The notes below the pieces were generated by a model. The model saw nothing but the letters and a program-made list of their open reading frames with translations, was not told the DNA's origin and did not search any database. A DNA stretch of 64,000 nucleotides from contig CAVURG010000006.1 in the NCBI GenBank assembly GCA_963743865.1, positions 75,198 to 139,197 on the forward strand, read 5' to 3'. Below, piece by piece: positions 1 through 14,059 of this stretch. The position numbers and the translations under genes are program-made. The DNA comes from an uncultured delta proteobacterium. Lineage in GTDB: Bacteria; Desulfobacterota; Binatia; Binatales; Binataceae. The number at the start of each line of letters is the position of its first letter. Position 1 is the stretch's first letter.

Positions 1-1
1 A

Positions 2-619
2 ATGGGAATACCGCTGACCAGGATGCGCGAAACGGTGAAGATTCTTCGCGCCGCGCTCGAGGGGGGCAAGACCGGGCCGCGCGTCAGCACGAAGCTGCCC
101 CTCTATCTGGCGGGGGTATCGCGCCCGATGGTAAAGCTGGCCGGCGAAATCGGAGACGGCGTCATTTTCAACTTCTTTCCGCCGGCGCGGGTCAAGGAGG
201 CGCTCGGCGAGGTGGCCGAGGGCGCACAGATCGGTGGCCGCGACGCCAAACAGATCGAGGCGACGCTGTTCGCGACCGCGTTTATTTCCGATGATCTCGA
301 AGCCGCGCGTCGTCCCGCGCGCAAGCTTCTGTCCCGCTACGGCGCGCTCAAGTTTTACGGCAACATGATGGCGCATTCGGGATTCGAGCGGGAAATAGCA
401 GCTATTCGCGCCGCCGGGCGCGACGGCGAGGCGGCCGTCAAAGCGGTCAGCAACGAGCTGATCGATGCGACCCTGCTGGTCGGCTCGGAAGCGCGCGTTC
501 GCGAGCGACTGCAGGAGCTATGCGCGCCGGGAATTGGCACTGCGATCGTGTTCACGAATCCGGTCAACGAAGATCGCAACGCTGCCGTGATGCGGACGAT
601 TCGCGCGCTCAAGCAATAG
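2..619 (+). CDS. LLM-class flavin-dependent oxidoreductase, 5'-partial
   Basis: Luciferase-like motifs (PLYLAG..MVKLAGEIGDG; LVGSEARVRERL); runs off the window start. Confidence 0.75.
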   Translation: MGIPLTRMRETVKILRAALEGGKTGPRVSTKLPLYLAGVSRPMVKLAGEIGDGVIFNFFPPARVKEALGEVAEGAQIGGRDAKQIEATLFATAFISDDLEAARRPARKLLSRYGALKFYGNMMAHSGFEREIAAIRAAGRDGEAAVKAVSNELIDATLLVGSEARVRERLQELCAPGIGTAIVFTNPVNEDRNAAVMRTIRALKQ

Positions 620-638
620 CGCAGATTCGCTGGCGCGC

Positions 639-1398
639 TTACGGTATTTCCTCTTGCTCGTTGACCTTGCCGCGGGCGAGTGCGACGCGATCGAAGAAAC
701 GCCGGATACGCTTGGCGTTGACGCCGAAATCGCCGATCCCGTCGCGCGATTTCGAGCGCATCTCGATCAGGCTTACGCCGTCGGGAGTCGGCCGAATCTG
801 GATCACGACATCATCCTGGAAATGGAACAGCCGCGAAGTCGCGACGACCTCGAGTGTATTCTTGGCCGGATCCGAATAGGTGATCTTCCACGCTAGGCAC
901 GCCTTGGGCGACCTCTGTTACGCGCGCGAATTCTGCCGGCGGTTCAAGGCGCTCCTTGATCGGACCGATCAGGCCGTAACCGGCCTGCTGCTTAATCGCG
1001 TATTTCGCTTTGTTGTACTTCATGTCGCGGTTCGGTTCATGCTGCAGGTTCTGGGCGAAAACGAACTCGGGCGGATTGTCGAAATCGGTAGTGATGTCGT
1101 TGATGGCCGGATACTTCAAACTGCGCAGCACGGTCACGATTAACGGCAACGCGATCAGCAGGCATACCGCCGTGCCCACCAAAGCTCGATTGTGCCCGGC
1201 TCGCAATTGAGGCTTGCGCGTCATGAAAATAGCGACGAACCCGACCAGCGCTCCCATGATGCTCAGCAGAAATCCGAGTGCGAACAATTGGAAACCCATG
1301 AACGGCGCAAACAGGTAGAAGTGAGCGCCAACAATTCCTGCCGCGATCAGCGCAATCGCCAACAGTGCATCGAAGAAAGCCAGCCATGCAAAAATCAT
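639..1398 (-). CDS. DUF1499-family membrane protein (frameshift near 890)
   Basis: N-terminal TM helices and INDITTDFDNPPEF; another frame continues FQDDVVIQIR..MRSKSRDGIGDFGVNAKRI to a stop at 639. Confidence 0.7.
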
Positions 1399-1440
1399 CC
1401 GCTGTTCTCCCGTAAGAGATTCGGGTTTCCGCCCGGACGC

Positions 1441-2244
1441 CTAGTTCCTGATTCCGCGCACCACAAACTGCGGCAATACGAACAGAAACGATCCTCCGGC
1501 GACGGCGCGATCGATCGCGGCGAACCAACCCTCGACCTCGGCTGCCGCGATCTTGCCGGAGTCGCGCGCATACCGCGCGAAACTGGCCTTGAGCATCGGC
1601 ATTGAGCGGCCGGCAGTATCCGCGCCGGCGTGAATCTCCACTTTCACGTCGCCAAGACCGGCCGCGCGAAACAGCCGATAGAGCTGGCGCCCAATCTGCG
1701 GCTCCTTGATCGCAATCGTCTTCGACGCGGCGATAATTCGATCGCTGCGTTCGCGCGCCGCGGGACCGATATCGAGCGCGAGCATGTCCCAGTCGCTATC
1801 GACCGCGACCACCACCCCGCCCGGCGCCGTCACTCGCGCCATTTCCGCGACAGTATCGGCTGCGGAATCGACATACTCAAGAACATTTTTGCACCAGACC
1901 CGGTCGAATGAGGCGTCTGGAAACGGGAGCGGCGGAAAGGCGCTTTGCACGAACTCCGCTGCCAGCTTTGCCTCGCGCGCGCGAGCGCCGGATCGCTCGA
2001 CGAACTCGGCGTTGATATCGACGCCCGTCACCTTCCCGCCGGGAGCCACGCGCCGTGCAAGTTCGAGCGCGGTGTAGCCGGGTCCGGAGCCAACATCGAG
2101 TACGCGCAAGCCTGCCTTAAGATCGAGCGGACGCAGAAGCGGCTCCATCGCAGGATGAAACGCAAGGATCTTGTCGTATGCGCTGTGGCGGTCCGAGTCG
2201 ATATCGACCCAGTGCTGCTTGTAGTAAGGCTCGGCCATGACCAA
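1441..2244 (-). CDS. Class I SAM-dependent methyltransferase (UbiE-like)
   Basis: VLDVGSGPG motif I; LPFPDASFD; EMARVTAPGG. Confidence 0.85.
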   Translation of the reverse strand: MVMAEPYYKQHWVDIDSDRHSAYDKILAFHPAMEPLLRPLDLKAGLRVLDVGSGPGYTALELARRVAPGGKVTGVDINAEFVERSGARAREAKLAAEFVQSAFPPLPFPDASFDRVWCKNVLEYVDSAADTVAEMARVTAPGGVVVAVDSDWDMLALDIGPAARERSDRIIAASKTIAIKEPQIGRQLYRLFRAAGLGDVKVEIHAGADTAGRSMPMLKASFARYARDSGKIAAAEVEGWFAAIDRAVAGGSFLFVLPQFVVRGIRN

Positions 2245-2251
2245 TGAGCGC

Positions 2252-3124
2252 TCAGACGAGGCGGAGTTCCTTCATCACGATGCGCAACTTCTCGGCGGGG
2301 CCTGCGGTCATCGGTACCAACGGCATCCGCAACTCGTTGGCGCACTTGCCCATGAACGCGAGCGCCTGCTTGACTGGAATCGGATTCGTTTCGACGAACA
2401 GCGCACGCATCAGCGGGATCAATCGGTAATGGATCTCGCGCGCCTTGGGGAAATCGCCGCCGAGCGCGGCGGCCGCAAGATCGTGCATCTCGCGCGGAAC
2501 CACGTTGCCGGACGTCGAGATCACACCCTTGGCGCCAAGTGCGATTAGCGGCAGCGTCAAGCCGTCGTCGCCGGAAAAGATCGCGAGCCGGTCGCCGCAC
2601 AGCTTGAGGATATCCGACGACTGATCCATCGAGCCCGACGCTTCCTTGACGCCAACGATGTTCTTGATTTCGCTGAGTCGCGCAAAGGTCTCGGGCGCGA
2701 TGTTCGAGGCCGTGCGACCGGGGATGTTGTACACGAACAGCGGGAGGTCCACGCTCGCCGCGATCATCTTGTAGTGCCTGAAGATGCCGTCCTGGGTGGG
2801 CTTGTTGTAATAGGGCGATAGCAACAGCGCGCCGTCCGCACCCATTTCGCGCGCAGCCGCGGTCAGCCGAATCGCTTCCGCAGTCGAGTTCGAGCCGGTG
2901 CCCGCAATTACCGGGACGCGCTTTCGCACCTGCTCGATCGTGAGCTTGACTACGTTGTCATGCTCTGCGTGCGTGAGCGTGGCGGATTCCCCGGTCGAGC
3001 CGCACGGGACCAGCCCGTCGATTCCGCTCTGGATTTGCCATTCGATAAGCTCGCGCAACGCTGGCGCGTCCACCTCGCCATCGCGAAATGGCGTAACCAG
3101 CGCAGTCAGTGCCCCATTTAACAT
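2252..3124 (-). CDS. dapA: 4-hydroxy-tetrahydrodipicolinate synthase
   Basis: GSTGES, PYYNKPTQ, YNIPGRT, GVKEASG, ETNPIPVK. Confidence 0.97.
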   Translation of the reverse strand: MLNGALTALVTPFRDGEVDAPALRELIEWQIQSGIDGLVPCGSTGESATLTHAEHDNVVKLTIEQVRKRVPVIAGTGSNSTAEAIRLTAAAREMGADGALLLSPYYNKPTQDGIFRHYKMIAASVDLPLFVYNIPGRTASNIAPETFARLSEIKNIVGVKEASGSMDQSSDILKLCGDRLAIFSGDDGLTLPLIALGAKGVISTSGNVVPREMHDLAAAALGGDFPKAREIHYRLIPLMRALFVETNPIPVKQALAFMGKCANELRMPLVPMTAGPAEKLRIVMKELRLV

Positions 3125-3146
3125 CGTTCGAACCCTCCCGCCTTAT

Positions 3147-4038
3147 TCAACTCACCGGAACCATCTCGCCCGCGCCCAGCTCGACCTCGCCGCGAAAAAC
3201 CTCGACGGCGTCGCCGGTCATGAAGACGTGATTCGCATCGGCTCCGCCGGCGCGCCATTCGATTTCAAGGTTGCCGCCGCGCAACTCTACCGTCGCGGTC
3301 CGCTCGGAGTGATTTGTCAGAACCGCCGCGACCAGCTGCCGCGCATGCTCCGGTGCCGCAGGCCCAAGTCTCGCCCGAGCCGCGCTCCCACACGCGCATC
3401 TTGAGATTGCGGCGCGAGACGGCCCTGATGAACTCGGTATTTACGCCGCGGGGAAAGAACGGATGATGCTCAAACTTGCGGCCCAGCTCTGCGAAATCAC
3501 GATCCTGCAGCTTGAATACGCCGTCATCGGCAACGAATACGACGCAATGCGGATTGCCCATCGATACCGCCGTGATCGACTCGCGCATGCCTGCGACATC
3601 CAGCGGATAGTCTATAATTCGGCCGACGGCATCGACCGGGATGTCGCGGCCTTCGAGGATCGGCTCGCCCATGTCGACCGTCGCGCCGACCACGCGGCGG
3701 CGTTCCAGCCGCAGCTCGACCGTCTTGAGCCCGGCGTCGGTCTCCACGACCATCGGATTTGCGCGCACCAGGCCGCGCTCGAAGGCAAGCCGCGCAAGGC
3801 ATCGGATTCCGTTGCCGCACATGCCGCCGCGGCTTCCGTCGGCGTTGTACATCTCCATTCGTATGTCGGCGTTGCTTGACGGCGCGAGCATGATCAGACC
3901 GTCGCCGCCTACGCCAAAGTGGCGGTCAGAAAGCTTGACCGAAAGTGCGGACGGATCGGCGGGACGCGCGCGCAAAGCAACGATGTAGATATAGTCGTTG
4001 CCGCATCCGTGCATCTTGGTGAATTCGAGCGTTGCCAT
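3147..4038 (-). CDS. dapF: Diaminopimelate epimerase (frameshift near 3330)
   Basis: FTKMHGCGND, MCGNGIRC, SMGNPH, ERGSGETWACGTGACA; C-terminus MTGDAVEVFRGEV in a shifted frame ending at 3147. Confidence 0.93.
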
Positions 4039-4053
4039 CGCGTTTGTGCGCTC

Positions 4054-5313
4054 TCACGCCGGCTTGAGGGTAACTATATGTTCGCCGCGGATCAGGTCCT
4101 CGAAGCTCTCGCGCTCGCGAATCACGTGCACTTCGGCGCCGTCGACCAGGACCTCGGGCGCGCGCGGGCGGCTATTGTAGTTCGACGACATGACGAAGCC
4201 ATAAGCGCCGGCGCTCATCACTGCCAGCAGGTCGCCCTCCTCGGGCTCAGCCATCTCACGCTCGCGCGCGAAGAAATCGCCGCTCTCGCAAACCGGACCA
4301 ACGATGTCCGCCGTCACGGTCTTGCCGGGCCTGCGGCGATCGACGGGAACGATTGCGTGATATGCCTGGTAAAGCACGGGGCGAATCAAGTCGTTCATCG
4401 CGCCGTCTATAACGATGAAGCGCTTCACGTCGGTCTGCTTGTTATAGAGGACTCGCGTCACCAACACGCCCGCGTTGCCGACCATAACACGTCCCGGCTC
4501 GGTGATTATCTTGAGCCCCAGACCCACGATCGGCTTGAGCAGAGCGTGCGCGTATTCCGAGGGCGGCGGCGACTGCTCCTGATAGGGGATTCCGAGACCG
4601 CCGCCGAGATCCAGATACTTGAGCGCGATTCCCGCGCTGCGCAGCCGCCCGACAATCGCGGCAACCTTCCGTCCCGCTTCGGCAAACGGCGCCATCTCGG
4701 TTATCTGCGAGCCGATATGCGTGCTCAGACCGACGAGTTCAAGCTGCGCCAGCGCGCTCGCTTCCGCGTAGTACTCGTCCACCTGCGAGAGCGGCACGCC
4801 AAACTTGCTGTCGCGATGGCCGGTGGAAATGTGCGGATGCGTGCCCGGATCGAGATCGGGATTCACGCGCAGGCTGACCGGCGCGCGACGCTTCATCCTG
4901 CCCGCGACCTCGGCCACGCGATGCAGTTCCGGGCGCGACTCGACGTTGATCATCAGGATGCCGGCTTCGAGCGCAGCCGCGATCTCCTCGTCGGTCTTGC
5001 CGACGCCGGAGAAGACAATCTTGCGTGGGTCCGCGCCGATTCGCAGGCATCGCATCAGCTCGCCGACCGAGACGATATCGAATCCCGCGCCCATCGAGGC
5101 GAACAATTTCAGGATGCTCAGATTCGAGAGCGCCTTCATCGCGTAGCAGACCAAATGGTCGGTGCCGGCGAAGGCCTCGTCGAAGACCCGGAAATGGCGC
5201 CTGAGCGTGCGCGCGCTATATACGAAAAAAGGCGTGTTGATTCGCCGCGCCAGATCGGCGATCGGCACGTCCTCGGCATACAGCTGATCGTTGCGGTATT
5301 CGAAGTAGTTCAT
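4054..5313 (-). CDS. lysA: Diaminopimelate decarboxylase
   Basis: YAMKA (PLP Lys), HIGSQ, DLGGG, EPGR, GPVCES, NYNSRPR. Confidence 0.97.
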   Translation of the reverse strand: MNYFEYRNDQLYAEDVPIADLARRINTPFFVYSARTLRRHFRVFDEAFAGTDHLVCYAMKALSNLSILKLFASMGAGFDIVSVGELMRCLRIGADPRKIVFSGVGKTDEEIAAALEAGILMINVESRPELHRVAEVAGRMKRRAPVSLRVNPDLDPGTHPHISTGHRDSKFGVPLSQVDEYYAEASALAQLELVGLSTHIGSQITEMAPFAEAGRKVAAIVGRLRSAGIALKYLDLGGGLGIPYQEQSPPPSEYAHALLKPIVGLGLKIITEPGRVMVGNAGVLVTRVLYNKQTDVKRFIVIDGAMNDLIRPVLYQAYHAIVPVDRRRPGKTVTADIVGPVCESGDFFAREREMAEPEEGDLLAVMSAGAYGFVMSSNYNSRPRAPEVLVDGAEVHVIRERESFEDLIRGEHIVTLKPA

Positions 5314-5443
5314 TGCGATGTGGCGTCGGTCACGCGGCTGCTTTGCTCGCTCGACGGCGGTGCGACGGGTGAAGAATCGTTTCTATCATAGAGCAGCCCG
5401 GCGAATAAACGGACGCTCGCCGCAGTTGCGCTCGCGCCCCGTG

Positions 5444-5950
5444 TTATCGCAGCGGTACTGGCGTGGGCACCACGAAATTTTCCGGGTTCGGCGGAGCCGA
5501 TGCACCCTTGCGCACGATCGTCACATCGTTCGACGGCTCGCTGACGTAACCGTCGGTGGTGCTGGAAGTCACCTGGTAATGATAGGTCTTGCCCATGATG
5601 GTCGCACCGTCGATGAAGGTAAAAGTGCGTTGTACCTGGAATCGCCCTTCATCATGCACCTGGATGTCGCCAATCTTCTCGACCGGCTTACCCTCTTGGG
5701 CGCGCGAGATTGTAAAGCCGCCCAGGTCGCGCATCGTTTGGCCGCCGGCGTAGCTTTCGGGTCGGTCCCAGGTCAGCCGAATTCCATCTTTCGCATTGGC
5801 GGCCTCGAGGCCGAGGATTTTTTCGGGACGCGCCGCCTCCGGCGATATCGGCTGCGACTTCACGCCGCATCCGAGGAACGCCGCGCTTGCAAGCGCGGCA
5901 ATCATGAACGCAAACGTCAACCACTTCGCACGGTTGGTTTCCCGATTCAT
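5444..5950 (-). CDS. Lipoprotein with CGxK-type N-terminus and fibronectin type III-like domain
   Basis: Lipobox FLGC followed by GVKSQP; LTWDRP and TYHYQV..SEPSN; start overlaps the argH stop (ATGA). Confidence 0.7.
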   Translation of the reverse strand: MNRETNRAKWLTFAFMIAALASAAFLGCGVKSQPISPEAARPEKILGLEAANAKDGIRLTWDRPESYAGGQTMRDLGGFTISRAQEGKPVEKIGDIQVHDEGRFQVQRTFTFIDGATIMGKTYHYQVTSSTTDGYVSEPSNDVTIVRKGASAPPNPENFVVPTPVPLR

Positions 5951-7370
5951 CGGCGTCCTAGCTCCTTGAGGCGGCGCTTGACTGCGGACGGCGCCGGACC
6001 GCCTTCGATCGTACGCCGGGCGACCGAGTTCTCGGCTCGGAGAATCGCGATCGCGTCGGCGCCAAACGCGCTGGAATGCCGTCTCAATTCGCGCGATGCT
6101 CAAGTCCTCGAGCGTGCTGCCCGCTTGCGGCCGTCTCGCGGACTATCGCGCCGACGATTTCATGCGCCCGGCGAAACGCAGTGCCGCGACTGACCAGGTA
6201 TTCCGCGAGATCTGTGGCCAGCGCAAATCCTCCCGCTGCCGCTCGCATGCGTTTGGCGTCAAACCGCAGCTTCGGCCAGAACTTCGCCAGCAGTTCGAGC
6301 GCCGGCTTGAGCGCGTCGAGCGCGTCGAACACGCGCTCCTTGTCTTCCTGCAAGTCCGAGTTATAGGCCAGCGGCAGGCCCTTCAAAACCGTCAGCATAG
6401 CGACCAAATCGCCGATTACGCGGCCAGTCTTGCCGCGGATCAGTTCGAGCAGATCAGGATTCTTTTTCTGCGGCATCATCGAGCTGCCGGTCGAAAATTC
6501 ATCGGGCAACGCCGCGAACCCGAACTCTGTGCTCGTCCAGAGAATTATTTCTTCGCTCATCCGCGACAGGTGCACCTGCGTGAGCGCGGCGGCCGAAAGA
6601 AAATCCACCGCGAAATCGCGATCCGACACCGCGTCCATGCTGTTGGCGGTGATCGCCTTGAAGCCCAACGCTCGCGCGACCATCCGGCGGTCCAGCGGCA
6701 GCGTCGTCCCCGCCAAGGCGCCCGCGCCCAGCGGCATGATCGCCGTGCGCGCCGCGCACTGCTCAAAGCGCTCGCGATCCCGGCCAAGCATCTCGACGTA
6801 GGCGAGCAAATGATGCGCGAGCGTGACCGGCTGCGCGCGTTGCAAATGCGTATAGCCCGGCATGATCGTGGCGACGTGGCGCCTGGCGAGCCGAATCAGC
6901 ACGGCGCGAAGCCCGGCGACCAGCGCGATCACGCCGGCAATCTCGTCGCGGAGATAGAGCCGCAGGTCGAGCGCGACCTGATCGTTGCGCGAACGCCCGG
7001 TGTGCAGCTTGCGCCCGGGTTCACCAATCAGCGCGATCAGCCGGCGCTCGACCGCCAGGTGGATGTCTTCATCGGCGATGTCAAACTTGAAGCGTCCATC
7101 CGCGATTTCACTTTCGATACGCTCGAGTCCGCCAACGATTGCACGCAACTCGCTCGGCTTGAGCAGCCAAGCCTTCTCGAGCATCCGCGCATGCGCGATC
7201 GACCCGCGAATATCGTGCCGAAAAAGCCGCCGGTCGAAGGGCAACGACGCGGTGAAGGCTTCGACCTCGGGGATGCGGCCGCGCGCAAATCTTCCCCGGA
7301 TGAGATTGCGCGCGGCGGCGCCGGCCGGCACCGCCTTGACGTTCTTTTTCTGGCCGCGACGCATTTTCAC
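5947..7370 (-). CDS. argH: Argininosuccinate lyase (frameshifts near 6090-6120)
   Basis: HTGRSRNDQ, PGYTHLQRAQP, GSSMMPQKKNPD, YNSDLQEDK; tail ..KELGRR* in a shifted frame. Confidence 0.95.
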
Positions 7371-7433
7371 TGATTCACTGTGAAACGAGCGCAGTCACCC
7401 GCCGCCGGCAATCCGCGACAAGATCCACGCGCA

Positions 7434-7610
7434 TCAGTTGGCGGGCCGCAATTGGCAGGTACATCCGCGTGCCGCACAACTCATCGAACCGTCGGGATGG
7501 GTGATATGGACGTCCATCTTGTGATGGCAGTGATCGCAATCTCCCGTGCGCGGACGGGGCACCAGCTTGGGCTGTGTTCGCGGCGGCTTGAACTGGATGA
7601 CCTTGCCCAA
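7434..7610 (-). CDS. 58-aa Cys/His-rich small protein (not in the ORF track)
   Basis: TTG start with GAAGGA upstream; MGKVIQFKPPRTQPKLVPRPRTGDCDHCHHKMDVHITHPDGSMSCAARGCTCQLRPAN*; fills the argG-argH gap on the operon strand. Confidence 0.65.
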   Translation of the reverse strand: MGKVIQFKPPRTQPKLVPRPRTGDCDHCHHKMDVHITHPDGSMSCAARGCTCQLRPAN

Positions 7611-7642
7611 CTCGATGCGTCCTTCGATGATCGATTTGACGA

Positions 7643-8861
<1,219 letters not shown>

Positions 8862-8875
8862 GATTCGTCCGAACC

Positions 8876-9820
8876 TCACTCCGGCGACGGCGAAGTCTGC
8901 AAAATTTCAGGACGGATCAGCCAGACCATCACCGCCTTCTGCGCATGCAGCCGGTTCTCGGCTTGATCGAGCACGACCGAGCGCGGCCCGTCGATCACGT
9001 CGTCGGTGATTTCCTCGCCGCGATGCGCCGGCAGGCAATGCATCACGATCGCGCCCTTGCGCGCGTTCTTGAGCAGCGCGTCGTTGACCTGGAACCGCCT
9101 TGAAGTCGCGCCGGCGCTGCGCGGCTTCCTTCTCACGGCCCATCGAGGTCCAGGTGTCGGTGTAAACGACGTCCGCGTCCTTGCACCGCCTCGGCAGGAT
9201 CGTCGGTGAGCGTGCCGATCTCCTCGCCGCGCAGGCGATTCGATGAACGCCTTCTCGGGCTCGTAGCCCTTCGGGCAAGCCAGCCGAAGCTCGAAACCTG
9301 CGATCGAGGCCGCCTCGATCCAGCTCTGTGCGAGGTTGAATCCATCGCCCACAAATGCGACGCGCACCTTCCTGAGATCGCGCCCGAAGTGTTCCTGCAG
9401 CGTCATCAGATCGGCGAGCAACTGGCACGGATGAAGCAAATCGGTGAGCCCGTTGATGACCGGCACGGTGGCCTCGCGCGCAAGCTCGACCGCGGTCTCG
9501 TGCGAGAAGGTGCGAATCATGATCAGATCCACCGAGCGCGAAATGTTGCGCGCGACGTCCTTGACCGATTCGCGCTCGCCGATACCGATATCATTCGGCG
9601 CCAGATAAATCGCATGCCCGCCAAGCTGCGCCATGCCGGTCTCGAAGGTGATTCGCGTCCGCAGCGACGGCTTCTGAAATACCATCGCGAGCGTCTTGCC
9701 GCGCAGGTACGGATGCTCGAGTCCTATCTTGAGCTCGGCCTTGAGCCGCGCGCCAAGCGCGAGCAGTCCGGCGAGTTCAGCCGGCGAGAGCGAACTGAGA
9801 TCGAGCAAATCGCGTTTCAT
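8876..9820 (-). CDS. argF: Ornithine carbamoyltransferase (three compensating indels, about 9100-9235)
   Basis: [26 protein letters not shown]; [12 protein letters not shown] lies in another frame. Confidence 0.93.
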   Translation of the reverse strand: MKRDLLDLSSLSPAELAGLLALGARLKAELKIGLEHPYLRGKTLAMVFQKPSLRTRITFETGMAQLGGHAIYLAPNDIGIGERESVKDVARNISRSVDLIMIRTFSHETAVELAREATVPVINGLTDLLHPCQLLADLMTLQEHFGRDLRKVRVAFVGDGFNLAQSWIEAASIAGFELRLACPKGYEPEKAFIESPARRGDRHAHRRSCRGGARTRTSFTPTPGPRWAVRRKPRSAGATSRRFQVNDALLKNARKGAIVMHCLPAHRGEEITDDVIDGPRSVVLDQAENRLHAQKAVMVWLIRPEILQTSPSPE

Positions 9821-9839
9821 CTGGCGTATGCGACGCGGC

Positions 9840-11039
9840 TCATTTCGGAATTGGCGCGCTCTTGAATGCATTTTCGATAATCGCAAGACCGGCGTCGGCT
9901 TCCTCGCGGGTGAGGTTCAGCGGCGGCAGCAGCCGCAGCACGTTGCCCGCGGTGCCGTTGACCAGCAGCCGCTGCTTGACGCACTCCTCGACGATCGGAC
10001 GCGCGTCGTGCTTGAGCACCACCCCGATGATCATTCCGAGTCCCCGAACTTCCACGATTCGATCGCACGAGCGCGCAAATTTGCCGAGCCGCTCGAGCAT
10101 ATAGCCGCCGACGCTCGACGCGTTGTCCAGCACGCCGTCCTGCTCGAGCGCGTCGATCACGGCGAGCGCCGCCGCGCACGCCACCGGATTTCCGCCGAAC
10201 GTGCTGCCGTGGCTGCCCGGCGTGAAGCTCGATGCGAACTCGGCCCGCGCAATCATCGCGCCGATCGGGATTCCACCGCCGAGCGCCTTGGCCAGGGTCA
10301 CGATGTCGGGTTTGATGCCGGCGTGCTCGTAGGCGAAAAATCGCCCGGTGCGCCCGACTCCGGTTTGCACCTCGTCCAGGATCAGCAGCATCTTGTTGCG
10401 ATCGCACCAGTCGCGCATTCGCTTCAGGTAATCCGCGCGCGGCACGACCACGCCGCCCTCGCCCTGGATTGGTTCGATCATCACGCCGACGGTTTCGTCG
10501 CGCCGGGCGCGATCGAGCGCGGCGAGGTCGTCGAAGGGCACGAGTCGGAAGCCGGGCATCAGCGGTTGAAAGCCCTGATGGTATCGCTCCTGGCCGGTCG
10601 CGCTCAGCGTGGCCAGCGTGCGTCCGTGGAACGATCCGAGCGTCGCCAGAATCTCGAAGCGCCCGCCGCCTGCGTTGCTGCCCCATCGCCGCGCAAGTTT
10701 GATCGCGGCCTCGTTGGCTTCGGCCCCCGAGTTGCCCAGGAAAACTTTTCCCTCGCCGAAACGATTCGCCAGCCGCTCGACCAATCGCGCAGTCGGCTCG
10801 GTGTGAAAGACGTTGGAAACGTGCGTGAGCTTTTCCGCCTGCTCCTTGATCGCGCGCACCACGCGGGGATTTCCATGACCGAGACTGGTGACCGCCAGCC
10901 CGCAGAAAAAATCGAGATAACGGTTGCCGTCGGCGTCATACAGATAGGCGCCATGCCCGCGTGCGAACGCGATCGGGAGGCATCCGTAAACATCGACCAT
11001 GTGTCGATGCGTGAGTTCAACTATCTCAGCATTGTTCAT
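9840..11039 (-). CDS. argD: Acetylornithine aminotransferase
   Basis: [40 protein letters not shown]; arg operon context. Confidence 0.92.
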   Translation of the reverse strand: MNNAEIVELTHRHMVDVYGCLPIAFARGHGAYLYDADGNRYLDFFCGLAVTSLGHGNPRVVRAIKEQAEKLTHVSNVFHTEPTARLVERLANRFGEGKVFLGNSGAEANEAAIKLARRWGSNAGGGRFEILATLGSFHGRTLATLSATGQERYHQGFQPLMPGFRLVPFDDLAALDRARRDETVGVMIEPIQGEGGVVVPRADYLKRMRDWCDRNKMLLILDEVQTGVGRTGRFFAYEHAGIKPDIVTLAKALGGGIPIGAMIARAEFASSFTPGSHGSTFGGNPVACAAALAVIDALEQDGVLDNASSVGGYMLERLGKFARSCDRIVEVRGLGMIIGVVLKHDARPIVEECVKQRLLVNGTAGNVLRLLPPLNLTREEADAGLAIIENAFKSAPIPK

Positions 11040-11980
11040 CGCGCCTTGCCGCTGCCCTCCGCGCTGCGCGCCGTGTCCGCCAACGCCGACACCTTGGCGC
11101 GGCGTTGAACCACTTCCGTTCCGATTCCCGAGCGGGTGAAGATTTCCAGCAGCACCGCGTGTTTGACGCGGCCGTCGATTATGTGGGTCTTCGCCACGCC
11201 CTTGTTCAGCGCCTCGATGCAGCATTCGACCTTCGGAATCATCCCTTCCTGTATCACCCCGCGCGCGATCAGCCGCCTGGCTTCCGCGGCGTCGAGCGTC
11301 GAGAGCAATTTGCCGTCCTTGTCCTTCACCCCTTCGACGTCGCTCAGCAGGATCAATTTTTCCGCTTTGAGCGCGGCCGCGATCTCGCCCGCGGCGACGT
11401 CGGCATTGATGTTGTAAGTCTGGCCGTCGCGGCCGAACCCGGTCGGCGCGATCACCGGGATGAAGTTGTTGGCCTCGAGCGTGCGCAGCAGTTCCGGATT
11501 CACCCGATCGACTTCGCCGACCAGCCCGATATCGACCCGCGAGCGTTTGCCGGTGTCATCGGTCACGACCATCCGCATCTTGCGCGACCTGATCAGGTCG
11601 CCGTCCTTGCCCGAAAGCCCGACCGCGCGGCCGCCCTGGCGCGAAATCGTCGCCACCAGGTCCTTGTTGATTCTCTGCAGGACCATCTCGGCCGCTTCCA
11701 TCGTCGCCGGATCGGTGACCCGCATCCCGCGCACGAAGCGCGACTTCAGTCCGAGCTTGCCGATAAGTTCCGTAATCTGCGGCCCGCCGCCGTGCACGAT
11801 GATCGGGTTGATCCCGACCAGGTCGAGCAGCACGACTTCCTGCGCAAAGCTTTCGCGCAACTCCTCGGTCTGCATCGCGTGGCCGCCGTATTTGATCACG
11901 AACGTTTTGCCGCGAAAGCGCCGAATGTAGGGCAGCGCTTCGATCAGCACGGCAGCTCGATTGTGGATGGTCTCTTTCAC
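11036..11980 (-). CDS. argB: Acetylglutamate kinase
   Basis: [40 protein letters not shown]. Confidence 0.96.
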   Translation of the reverse strand: MKETIHNRAAVLIEALPYIRRFRGKTFVIKYGGHAMQTEELRESFAQEVVLLDLVGINPIIVHGGGPQITELIGKLGLKSRFVRGMRVTDPATMEAAEMVLQRINKDLVATISRQGGRAVGLSGKDGDLIRSRKMRMVVTDDTGKRSRVDIGLVGEVDRVNPELLRTLEANNFIPVIAPTGFGRDGQTYNINADVAAGEIAAALKAEKLILLSDVEGVKDKDGKLLSTLDAAEARRLIARGVIQEGMIPKVECCIEALNKGVAKTHIIDGRVKHAVLLEIFTRSGIGTEVVQRRAKVSALADTARSAEGSGKAR

Positions 11981-12086
11981 GCCTTGAGCAACCTCTCCAA
12001 AAAAGGAAATCAAAACAGTATTGAGCGCGCGGCGCAATCCATCGCTTGGCAGCGGCTGTTAAGCAATTGTAGCGGGTGAACGGGAG

Positions 12087-13457
<1,371 letters not shown>

Positions 13458-13486
13458 CGGCTGGAAACTTCCTGGGGGTATTGTGG

Positions 13487-14059
13487 CTACAGCTCTTCGA
13501 AGACAAATTGGTCGTTGGTGTAAACGCAGACTTCCGACGCGATTTTCATCGCGTCTTCCGCGATCTGGCGCGCCGTCATCCCGGAACCGTGGCGAACCAG
13601 CGCGCGCGCCGCCGACAGCGCGTAGTTGCCGCCCGATCCGATCGCCAATATCCCATCGTCGGGCTCGAGCACGTCGCCGACGCCCGAAATGAGCAGCGAA
13701 CTCTCCTTGTCCGCCACCACCAGCATCGCCTCGAGCCGGCGCAGGATTCGATCCGTGCGCCAGTCCTTGGCCAACTCGACCGCGGCGCGGCGAAGCACGC
13801 CGTTGTATTCCTGCAGCTTCGATTCGAACTTGTCGAACAGCGTCAGCGCGTCCGCGGTCGAGCCCGCGAATCCCGCCAGCACGCGATCCTGATGCAGCCG
13901 GCGCACTTTCTTCGCCTTGCTCTTCATGATCGTTTGTCCAACGCTCACCTGTCCGTCACCCGCGATGACGACGTGCCCTTCGTGGCGCACGCACAGAATC
14001 GTGGTGTGGCGAATTTCGGCGCCCGGCTCGAGGCCCTGGTCAAACCCGTGGGAAGGCAC
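13487..14059 (-). CDS. hslV: ATP-dependent protease peptidase subunit (exact start uncertain)
   Basis: [33 protein letters not shown]. Confidence 0.96.
   Translation of the reverse strand: MPSHGFDQGLEPGAEIRHTTILCVRHEGHVVIAGDGQVSVGQTIMKSKAKKVRRLHQDRVLAGFAGSTADALTLFDKFESKLQEYNGVLRRAAVELAKDWRTDRILRRLEAMLVVADKESSLLISGVGDVLEPDDGILAIGSGGNYALSAARALVRHGSGMTARQIAEDAMKIASEVCVYTNDQFVFEEL

Noticed and set aside
13487-14059. HslV N-terminal extension before the catalytic Thr
   Set aside because: Short propeptides are normal for HslV outside enterobacteria
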